Program-made: the position numbers and the translations under genes
Notes under the pieces: generated by a model
Database searches by the model: none
Told to the model about the DNA's origin: nothing
The model's input: only the letters and a program-made list of their open reading frames with translations
Assembly (NCBI GenBank): GCA_013239625.1
Contig: MU053881.1
Span: forward strand, 15,864,373-15,928,372
Origin: Lama guanicoe
Lineage: Eukaryota
Length of the DNA: 64,000 nucleotides
Direction: 5' to 3'
Shown here: positions 53,900 to 64,000 of the stretch, in pieces
Numbering within the stretch: the first letter of the stretch is position 1
How the letters are laid out: each line of letters starts with the position of its first letter

Positions 53900-56022
53900 A
53901 GATGTTAATGTGGCTGCAGTTTTATGAACTTGACCTCGTTGTGCATATCAGACATGTCGGCAGAAAGAGCAGCACTGTCAGAAGTGAGGAGGTGGACTGG
54001 GGGAAGGAGAGATCAGAGCAGGACCCCTACCTTCTCCTCCCAGACCAGGACCCCCACCTTCTCCTGTCTTTCAATGGTGAGTGTCCAGCTTATAGCAGGA
54101 CAGCAGGGTCCCAGTAGAGATTAAGCAGCTCCCTCTCACCCAGGGGTGTAACTCACTCATCCTGGTGGGACGTCCCACAGCGAACTCCACTGCTGGTGTG
54201 ACAGAGCTTGGTGTTCTAGGCAGCACCACACATCAATCCACACTGAGAGCCGGGGCAGGGGCTGTCTCCCACCACTTCCGCACCTTTACAGTGTTGGGTG
54301 TCTGGGCAGGGCTCCTCAGTCTGGCACATGGGGCAACAGGCCTTCCTGGTTGATTATTTAAATGTATTAAAGCCTGGGGCAGTACTTTAGTCCGCCTAGC
54401 GGGTGGTTTTTCCTCTTAGTCATTTAATCTGCTGCTTTAAAATTCCGTTCTCTCTTTCTGCCAATCCCGCTGCCTGCAGCTTTGGGTTGGAGGATGGGGG
54501 AGGGGTGGAGATGGACCTTCTGCTCAGTGTCATGTGCTTTGGCCCAATCTTGCACATCATGACCCTTAAAATGTAATCCCCGGTCACTGCCTATTCGATG
54601 AGGATATCTGTACTCAGTTCCTCTAATCCCCTAGTGGTGGACAGTGACAGGGGAAACCTTGGGTTAGGCTAGATGTGGTATCCACCCAAACCAAGACAAT
54701 TAGAACCCTCACTTGCCAATCCCTCACTGGTTGGGAATTCCAGTGGATGGCCCCAGATTCCATTGGCAGCTGCCTGGGGCATTGTTTAGAACACACAGGA
54801 CCAACTGTTACTGCATTAACCAAGTCACCGTATTTCGAGGGCAATTTAGCATCCTTGGCAATATGCCATCCCACTACGATGGCTGCTCGTCCAATAAGCC
54901 CAATCTGCTGTATCTACTGAAGAGCCCATTAGGGCTTCTACTGGGTTAGAGCATTAGCTTCCCGATTGCCAGGGACATGGATAACAGTGAGGATCGCCTC
55001 TGGTTACTGAAGGTGAACCCAAATGTCTTTTCACATATCTTCACCCTGCAAGGGCTTATTCATGATCATCCACTCCTTGGCTTCCCATTGTCCAAACCAT
55101 AGGGTTAATGCCTTGAAAACAGCCCAACTATTAATGCAAAGGGTTAACAATCACCCGGGGGTCTTGAGTGATCGCCATGAGTTCAGCCCACTGTCTGCTG
55201 CAGTTTGTTTGCCATCCAGATGGTGGCAGTGTTGGGCTGAATAGTGACTGCAATCCAATGACCTGCTGCCCAACCAGATTCAGCTCAACTGCAGGCATCA
55301 GCAGAAATTTCCCCCACTTCCTCTCTACACGCTGCGAGGGCAACCACAGGAAGAGGGGTGGGGCATTTGGAGGCTCTACATACTCTGCAAGATCCAGCAG
55401 TACCCGTGTTTCTAGAGACAGTGGGCTGGCCAACAGGGGGCTCTTGTGCTGCATATAGGACGTCACTCAGTGACTGTGGGAGTTTGAGCTGTGTGTGGCA
55501 GAGGGGTGTCGATGGAACATACTCTTAACACACCTCTTGATAAGAACTGACGTTATTTCCATGGTATGCTGGTTTTCGCTAGAGGCTCTCCTTGGAGGGG
55601 CGTGATGTATTCTGCTAGAGCTTTTGCTTTATGGAGGTATATTGGGTTTCTGCCCCCTTCCGGAGCTGGGACCAAAATCTGAGGGGTACTGTCTCCTTCT
55701 GTCTCTGCCACGGTGCGCAATCCATACCGTCCAGAGTCACAGATACATCTAACTCTCATGGTAACCCTGCTTGGGAGATGCCCAGAGCTTTAATCTGCTT
55801 CACTAGTATTTTTGCCTTCTCAAGTATTTTTGGCTTGCTGCTCTAATCCCCAGTCCCACACATGCCCTTTCTTTGCTGAAAGGTGGTATAAAGGATGGAG
55901 GCACTGCGCCAGGTGGGGAATAAAAGTCCTCTGAAACCCCCAAATCCCTACAAAGGTTTGTACCTTTTTCACATTATTAGGGGTTGATAGGCTTGCCCCT
56001 TGTCAATCACAGCTTTGGGGAC
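53900..56022 (-). pseudogene. pol: Degraded pol (RT connection, RNase H, integrase) of the outer, class III-like provirus
   Basis: Fragments such as GFVGIWGFQRTFIPHLAQCLHPLY, SWAVFKALTLWFGQW, integrase CSKQC/WQV..DT, SDRGLHF; many stops and frameshifts. Confidence 0.7.
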
Positions 56023-57414
56023 AAGGATGGGGGGAGACCTCTCAGGCATTTCCCGTCTGAAGTCTATGTCTTAGAATAGTGAATACAGGAAAGCACATTC
56101 AAAACTGGAAGAATTAAACGAGTGCTTTCAGAGGACCCAGTGCAGGAGTAAACAGGAGACAATAGTTAATGGACTTTTCACAAAAATAGCAGAACTTCAG
56201 ACATTTAAAAAAAACCAATATTACTATCTTAAAAGAAATGTTTGGAACCAAAAGTTTTATCAATAATACATTGATAGCCTGTATTTTGAAAATTCAGGGA
56301 CCATGGATTTGGATAAGAATCCACAGTCAGTTAATAGTCCAGATGAAAGAGAGACTTCTGTAAATTCTAAGCCTTTGAGTCCAGACATCTTGAGAAAGCT
56401 GTCTCATCAGATGTCATCCACTTCAACTCTGGGAAAGCTTTACCTTCCGGTCACCAAATGGTGTGAAAGTCCAGTCAGGGTTTGGTGCTTTCTCTAAATA
56501 TGTCACATGAACCTAAGAATCTGTTCTCTTAAGTGTGGTGCCACAAGGGCTGGTTGACAGAATGTGGTAAGGGCCTTTCCAGCAAGGTTGAAGAAAGAAT
56601 CCTTCTAGAGGTGTATTTTCTAATAGACAAAATTTCCAGGTTGCAAGGTGTGATGCTTAAGGTCTTCATCGCCCTGGAGCACACTGTGAAAGATCGCTCT
56701 ACCGAAGCGTGGTTATTTTTAATAGAAGCAATTAGGCCTTACAATATTGAAGCATATCTACTTTCATTAGCTGCAGATAAAAAGAAATGGGAGCTAGGTG
56801 CATTGAACATCCTATAACTATCTCAAAGAGCGAGAGTTTATGAGTTCCAAAGGGGGTGCATCTGAGATTTAGAAGAACCAATGGCAGTGCTTTTGGCCAA
56901 GGTATTTGGAGGGCATTTACAAATGTTGAGTCTTCATAGTGCTGTTGCATTTGACTAACCCGGAGGATTGAGGATGATAAACACAATGGAAGTGTTATAA
57001 ACTGGCCAAATAGCACAGACTTGTTGAAGTACCTGACCTGTAAAATGGGTTCCCCTATTACTATAAAGTTCCAGAGGGGGTCCCCAGATAGGGATAATCT
57101 TTTCTAGCAAAACTTTAGCTGCAGAAACAATGGCCTGTCTACAAGGGAAAGCTTCAGTCCAGTGAGAAAACATACAGCTCTGTTTATATCCATGAGATAG
57201 GGGCATGAAGCTGCATGAAGTCCATTTCTCAAACCTCCAATGGGCTGTTAGGCAATTCAAAACATCCTGGAGCAGCGCGAACAGGTTTCCCTGCATGTAC
57301 TTTGGACAAATGGGACAAGCAAGGTAAGCACTTTTTGCAGCTTTATTAATATTTCCCCACCAATATTGATTCATGCATGCTATCATTTTTGTTAGTGGAC
57401 CAATGGTTTAATGC

Positions 57415-57565
57415 TTTGGTTTAATGTAAGAAGTGGGACTTTTATATATATAATAATGGTTTGTATTATTATATATAATATAAAATAAACATAATGTAAT
57501 AATAATACAAGCCACTATTTTATATATATGATTCTATATTATAATATAATGGCTTAATATAAGAA
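57415..57565. repeat. AT-rich low-complexity tract
   Basis: (TA)/TAA-rich run at the RNase H-integrase junction of the inner ERV. Confidence 0.75.
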
Positions 57566-60500
57566 TTGCAAATCTTAGAATTTCTGGTTGGATACATTTG
57601 TTATTTGACTAAACCAGAATTTTCCCTTTTTATCAAACCAACAGTTACTAGATTTCCAATATTGATTTTCCCTTTCTGGGGCCAACTGTTGGCCATTTCT
57701 AGTCAATTTTCTAGATTGTCATTTTGAGGAGCACCCCTTTGGACTATGACAGAGGTTTGGCCACTGGTTCCTTTGAAAGCAGCATTTTTGGCAGAAATAT
57801 CAGTGAATGGATTTCCTTTAGCCTCTAGGGAGTCAAGCTAGGAATGCCAGGGATCTTAATGCCAATGCAGCTGGCAAGAGTATGGCATCTGAAGAATTTT
57901 GGATAATAGAGCCATTTTTAATATTTTCCCCACTAGAGGTAAGAAAACCTCACCGTTTTCATAACATCTCAAACTCATGGGCTACCCCAGTTGCATAATG
58001 GATATTGGTATAAATGTTTGAAGTTTTGCCTTTGGCTAAAGTACAAGCCTGAGTGAGAGTGTGTGATTCAGCCTGTTGGGTGGAAGTAGCCAAAGGTAAG
58101 GGTGCTGTCTCAGCGACTTTGGGAGGTGTGATAGCATACCGAGCATGATGTTTACCATGGCCATCCTTTAATTATGAACCACCAGTAAACCATGAGAAGT
58201 CTACATTGGTTAGAGGAGATTATCACAGGGAGTCAAAAGGTGATCTGTCAGTGTTGAACAATCATGAGGGAGTTCGTCAGTGAAGGAGAGGAGAAAAAAA
58301 GCAGGGTTGAGGTTATTACGACCTGAAAGAGTTATGTGAAGAGCAATCAGCAAAAGGATTTCATAGGAGGTGAGGCAACTGCCTGAAAAGTGTTGAGTGT
58401 GATGGAAATTCAGGAGGGCTTCCACTGCAGGGGGTACAAAGGTGGATAATGGGGAATCCCATGATGATTTCTTTGGTGATTTCTTCGTAACCAGAAGGCC
58501 AGTCACAGGAGCGGTTCTGAGGCAAGGAGGGTATTCCAGTGCCACAGGGTCCAGATGTTGGCTATGATACCCTATGGGTCAATGATGGTTCCTGTGTTTT
58601 CGGGTGAGTCCTCCAAGGACATTTCCTTTCTTCTCAAATAGAGAGGAGAGAAGGAATCTGATAAGTAGGATGTCCAAGGGCGGGGATCTCATTAAGCCCT
58701 TCTTTAAGGCTCCAAAAACTATGTCATCCTGACCTCCCCAAACAATGGGGTCAAGTTTGCTGTTTTTTAATGAAGCATGTAGGGGCTGGGCCTTAAAGAA
58801 AGAATTTTGGAGTCCAGTTTTGACAGTAGCCAGCTAGCCTGAGAAAACCTCGTAGTTGGTGCTTAGTTTTAGGTTTGGGGAAGTTCAGGATCCCATGAAG
58901 CCTACCTGGATCTAAATGTAGTCCTTGTTCTGAGATCAGGTGCCCTAAATATTGAACCTGAATTTGAGCAAACTGCAATTTTTCTTTGGAGACTTTACAA
59001 GACCAAAAGTTTTGACAGGTGGGTGCTATCTTCCTGCGAAGAGGTTTGAGAATGGCAACATAGGAGCAAATCTCCCATATATTTTGAAAAAAAAAAGTAG
59101 AGCCTGAATAAAATTTTACATCATCCAAATCAGATTTTAAGATTTGTGAAAATTAAGAGGGACTTTCTGTGAAGTCCTGGGACACTACTGTCGAGGTGTA
59201 TTGCTGTCCTTCCCATGTGAAGGCAAAAAGATATTGGCCTGCCTTGTAAGCTGGAATGCTGAAGAATGCACTGCATAGATCAGTTATGGTGAAACTTCTG
59301 CTTTCAGTGGCGATGAATGTTAGTAGTGTTGATAAGTTAGAAACAACAGGGTGACAAGAAATAATGTTGCTCATTGCTTGAGGGACCTAGACAAACCTAC
59401 CTCCTCAACCCTTGGGTTTTCTCAAAAGTAGAATAAAAGTGTTACAGGAACTAGCATAAAGGATAATGAAGCCCATTATAATGACTTGTAATCTTCTATT
59501 AGGTTTATACCTTGAAGGGCTTCTTCACTTACAGAGTATTGATTAATTCTAGGGAGAGGTTTTGAGAGGTCTGTTTGGATCTCAATGGAAGATGCACTGT
59601 GGATTTTGCCAACATCAGTTGGAGATTTTGCCCATAAGGATGGTGGTAGCTGAATTAATAGGGACAAATGATCATTGTCTCCAGAATCAGCTCCAGTATC
59701 ATCAGAGATGGGGCAAATAAAAAAATGCTGAAGGATTATCTAATTAACTTATTGGCTATTTTGATTGCTACTCTCAAATTCTAGAATTATTTCCCCCTTT
59801 CTGGAGAAAGAAATTCTGGCATAATACTTTTCTAAGACGTTTCAGCCTGATAAATAAATAAGGGCTGAGGAACTAATGAGAAAAGGATGTGTCTCTCTCA
59901 AGGGGCCTAAACAAAAGGGAATAGGTTCATTCTTGAGGTTCATTAGAGACTCCCGATATTAGAACTGTTTCAGTACTCTGAGGCAGGGGCTGCTTTAGAG
60001 CAGAGGAGTTGAACATCCAGACTATGTCTCCAGTGTCAATAAGGGACAGACAGAGGTTCATTCCCAATCTGGAGAGTTGTTTCTCTGAGCAGATTAAGAC
60101 AGACTATTGGAAAGAGCCGCTGTAATTCTTGGGAATTAGAAGGACATTGGAAAGCCTGGTAAGGGGACTGAAGATGCCTGGAAGCTTAACTTTATAACAG
60201 TCTCATTTCTAGTGTCCTGGCTTTTTGCAAAAATAGAGAAATTAGGTTTTTGGTTTTTGAAGTCCTTCATTTGCTATAGTTAAAAATTAAGACTTTTGGT
60301 GTTCTTTCTTTTAGGTGACTCATCTAGGGTGCAAGCAAGCTGATTTGCTGAATTAACTACATCTGGAGTGGACATAATTTCCCATTCCACCCTGGTCCTT
60401 TTAACTAAAAGAGAAAGATCCCAGTTCAGCCCATTAATAAACATAGAGTTAAAGGCTACCCAGAGGATTCAACATCTGAAAAAGACCAGAATTTTCTTTG

Positions 60501-60789
60501 AAAACAATCTGAAGTTGATTATAGTAGTTGTGAACAGGTACATCAGATTTTTGTGTGCAAGCCTAAATTTTGTTCTGGTCATTGAGTGTAGAAAAAGCTA
60601 CTGCAATTGATCTGTGGAGGACTCTAGTGAGTGCTCTAGGCTCTTGACAAAAGTTAGGGGTTTGTTTTTCCTAAATCCTTTTCAAAGGATGTTCCCATCG
60701 GGTTAGCTTGTTTCATCCAATACTTGGTTTGATCCTTACCAACAAGCATGTGGACTAACTGATACAGATCTAGATAGCCAGGCTTGTTT

Positions 60790-61458
60790 TGAGATAGGCT
60801 GGGACCTGGCACTCTTTACCAGGAGTGTTTGCATCCGGACAAATGGCTCCTCGAGCAACAGAATACAAAGAAATTACAAGGCACTAAAAATATCTACAAC
60901 ACATGTTCAGTTGGGGCAACTATGAACAATAAGATACAAAAAGGCCACAAACCAGCTGCCATTTCGGAAGTGCCAGCAAAAGCAAGGTACTGGGCATGAT
61001 CCCATCACACAGCACCTCCATGGGCATGTGCAGAACACCTAAGCTATGCCTCCTCCTCAAACCACTGATCTGCCCCCACCCTCTCCCTGTTTAAGGACTG
61101 GGCTTGTTTCCTCCTCCACTCAGCTCAGGGAGTGATTAAGAGCATCTGTTTCTTATTTTCACTTCCTCCTGCTGCGGCAGTCCCAGTAAAGTCATGCTTG
61201 AATTTCTTTATTTTTTTAATAATATTCTTTTTAAATTAATTGATTGATTGATTGATTGTGGGGGAGAGGGTAATTATGTTCATTTATTTATTTATTTACC
61301 TTTTTAATGGAAGTACTGGGGATTAAACCCCAGACCTTGTGCTTACTAAGCATTCACTCTACCACTGAGCTATAACCTGCCTCCCATGCCTGAATTTCTT
61401 GTCCAGCCTTTTATCAATTTCTATTGATTAAAAATTCTGAGAACCTGGGTCTGTAATA
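60790..61458 (+). mobile_element. Solo LTR nested in the inner ERV gag, containing a SINE (about 61210-61385, minus)
   Basis: TGAGATAGG start, LTR-like end ...GGGTCTGTAATA; gag-like sequence resumes on both sides. Confidence 0.65.
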
Positions 61459-62099
61459 GGTTGAACTCCTATGTGAAATTCCCCAGCAAACCTATGGGAA
61501 CCCTCAGTTACTTTCGGGAACTCTTGCAATTCATATGGTTTGCAATTCAGCCTCAGTCCAGGGAACCTCAGAAACTTGTGTTTTCTTTGGGTCCTTAGAA
61601 GATTTCACTTTAAAAGGGCAGATTCTGATTGGTTTGGGGTGAGGGGGTGAGAGAGATTTAGGGAAAAAGGTAAGTTTGGCCAGAGAATTAGGATGGGGAA
61701 GCAAAGGTTATAGAGGAAGTGGAGGCAGCGCAAAGAGAAAGAGGAAGATGGCAACAAACGTGGAGCCTTAGCACGAGACGGGTGCTGCGACACAGAAAAG
61801 TTGAAGGCGAGGAAAGAAAGCCTCAGGGCCTTGTTGTCTCTCTTTGTTTGCTTCAGTTAACTTAAAAATTGCGTTTTGCAGAGAGGCCATTTTTGACTCC
61901 TGATAATGTTCGGAAGCCTCAAAATATCAATCAAAATAGGCATCCCATTCAATTTGGACAATTTTAGAGCCATGGCTGTCCAATATTAAGAAAATTAAGT
62001 TTAGGGAGTTCAAAAGTTCCCCAAAATGGCCATCAGTGTTCTAAATTATTTTGGGGTTAAGTCAGTCCATTTAGTTAGAAATGGGCATGAGTAGAGACT

Positions 62100-62224
62100 G
62101 ATTGGGGAGTGGGGGGTAATTTGGTTTGTTTGTTTGTTTGTTTTTAGAGGAGATACTTGGAATTGAACCCAGGACCTTGAATATGCTAAGCATATGCTCT
62201 ACAACTTGAGCTACACCCTCCCCA
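62100..62224 (-). mobile_element. tRNA-Ala-derived SINE in the inner ERV gag/leader
   Basis: Reverse-strand copy. Confidence 0.85.
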
Positions 62225-63183
62225 GGATTGTGATTTTTAAACATAAAGTTGACTGGGATCCCTAAAGGGGAGTGGAGGGGAACCCTCAAAACATTTAGAT
62301 GACTGTAATCCCATTTCTTAGAGGTTTTTCTTTAGAGCGAAGGGAAGAAAAATCTTAAACAGCACAGTTCCCATAGAAACACCCAGGTGCCAAAAGGAAC
62401 CAGACTGAGGACTAGTACAGTTTCAGTAGAAACAGCCTGGTTTCAAAAGTCAGGCCAAAGTGCCAAATGGGTAATCACAGAAAGGACAAAGCCTTAAAAA
62501 AAAAAAAAAAAAAAGCAGGTCCTGAATAAAGTCTGGAGACTTTAAAAATGCAAAAAAAAAGCAGATTTTAAATCCAGGAGAAAATTTACCCTCAAACTTG
62601 GGAAGAAAGGACTGGGCTCAGTGGGCTCTGTGGGTACCAGCACCTGTTTGCTTACCATCCTCAGTCTTATTAGGGGTCCTTTCTGGACCCCACTTCTCAG
62701 ACATCAAGTAAAATTTACCTAAAACAATTAAACAATCAGTTATTTTACCGAAAAAAAAAAAAGAAGAAGAAGGAGGAGGGGTACTCGGGAAAACAATTGC
62801 AATTTGGGATATGCAAATTATAGTGAACCACAGACAAGCCTGGAGAACGTAGGAGAGAAATGTTCTCTTATAGAGGAGAAGGGGGAGTTGGGAGGGGCTG
62901 TTGTAAACAAAGAGTCCACTGGAGGAAACTGGGAGTTCAGAGTGTAGTGGCTTTTCATTGGCTGAGTTGTGACAGTCTCTAACTGGCTGGTCTGTTGCCG
63001 GGCAGGGAGGAATCCTTCCTTCCTCCTGCAGAGTAGCAAAGTAGTCATCTTCTTCCTGTTGGAGGTGCAAAAGTACCACCTCTGTCTGTTGCAGAATTGA
63101 CACTGAGAGGTAGGTCATAGGAGTTCACCCTTCTGGCCTCCCCACCCCATTTTAAATGAGGTTTCTGTTTATTCGTTTTCATG

Positions 63184-64000
63184 TTTCCCCGCTTTGATCA
63201 AAAGCTTTCTCTGAAAGCTGATCCAGAGTCAGGTTTGTTTTCCCAGGTCAGTGAGCTCAGCAGGCATGTATTCTCTCATCAGGAACACTTCCTGACTGGG
63301 GGCTGCCCCACCAGCTGGGTTTTTGGTTGCTGTGATTTGCTGTCCTTGGTATTAGGGGTCTGACAGCACAGGGTGCTTCATCCATTTCACCGTCAATCAC
63401 CTTAACATCCTCCCCTTCAGTCCCCTCACTTTCCCAGGGGTCCCACCTCTTAGTGGCTTTATCGCAGGTGCTCCAACCTTAATCTGAGGCGGCTTGCACC
63501 CTCCTAGCTTTGCAGAACAGCACACTCAGTTCTCCAACTTAATATCCTGCTTTCCCACCTTCTCCACTAGCCCCAAAGCTATCAGAGTAGTGAACAACTT
63601 CACATCTTTCTCTAACCTCAACTTTTCCTCCAATTTGCTAACTGAGCTTCAGCCTCTAGTTGGCATGGGTGGCCAGCTCCCTGTGACAGTCATTTATCTC
63701 CCTTCTTTGCTCAACTGCACTCTGCACAGTTCCTCAAACAGCACATTAGACCAGGTGATGTTTTCAGGGCATCTCTGTACTCATGTGGAGGTCCACAAGC
63801 ATCTAATATACAGGACACTCTTCCTCACACAGAGGTCGATGGCCATCCAGTAATTTCCCCCTCAGATGCCTCTTTCCCAAGGCCCATTCCTTCAGTCTCC
63901 TGGCTGGCTCACCAATTGTTGGCTCCCAACCTCCAGAACCAACCCAAGCTGGTATTCCCTGAGTGAAATCTGAAACTGGCCCCTGTAGACAGAGGGTAAG
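63184..64000 (-). pseudogene. gag: Degraded gag/leader, probably of the outer class III-like provirus
   Basis: Purine-rich, coding-like minus strand with a coiled-coil-like segment (KLEEKLRLEKDVKL); same orientation as the outer pol/env; multiple stops. Confidence 0.45.

Larger units (their letters stand above)
56030..63183 (-). mobile_element. Inner ERV1-like provirus (5' LTR, PBS, gag, pro-pol; env and 3' LTR missing)
   Basis: 5' LTR about 62710-63183; PBS-like TGATGTCTGAGAAGTGGG; RT fragments (DLCSAFFSIP...QYLFAFTWEGQQYT; KVSKEKLQFAQIQVQYLGH); RNase H; integrase HHCC (HWSTNKM...CPICPKY) and core (WTEAFP...SNRGTHFTG; WPKALPLVLLNLR). All disrupted. Confidence 0.85.

Overview
Mammalian genomic DNA, most likely a camelid: about 14 copies of a tRNA-Ala-derived SINE match the camelid vic-1 type. 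The gene order is syntenic with human 19p13.11. Four spliced protein-coding genes can be assembled in frame from the sequence: SLC27A1/FATP1 (minus strand, 11 coding exons, last exon beyond the left edge, one GC-AG intron), NXNL1 (plus, 2 exons, 218 aa; the intron-retained 109-aa RdCVF form is preserved), TMEM221 (plus, 3 exons, 291 aa) and MVB12A (minus, 9 exons, 273 aa). Intergenic and intronic DNA is rich in SINEs, L1 fragments, MaLR and DNA-transposon remnants and several solo LTRs with intact target-site duplications (TSDs). From about 49 kb to the right edge the window is a nested pile of endogenous retroviruses. An old provirus with class III-like gag/pol and a gamma-type env is interrupted by a second ERV1-like gag-pol provirus, by solo LTRs (one young and CpG-rich) and by SINEs. 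No intact retroviral ORF and no convincingly new coding system was found. The most interesting signals are regulatory and structural. Repeat family names are from recall, not from a database search.
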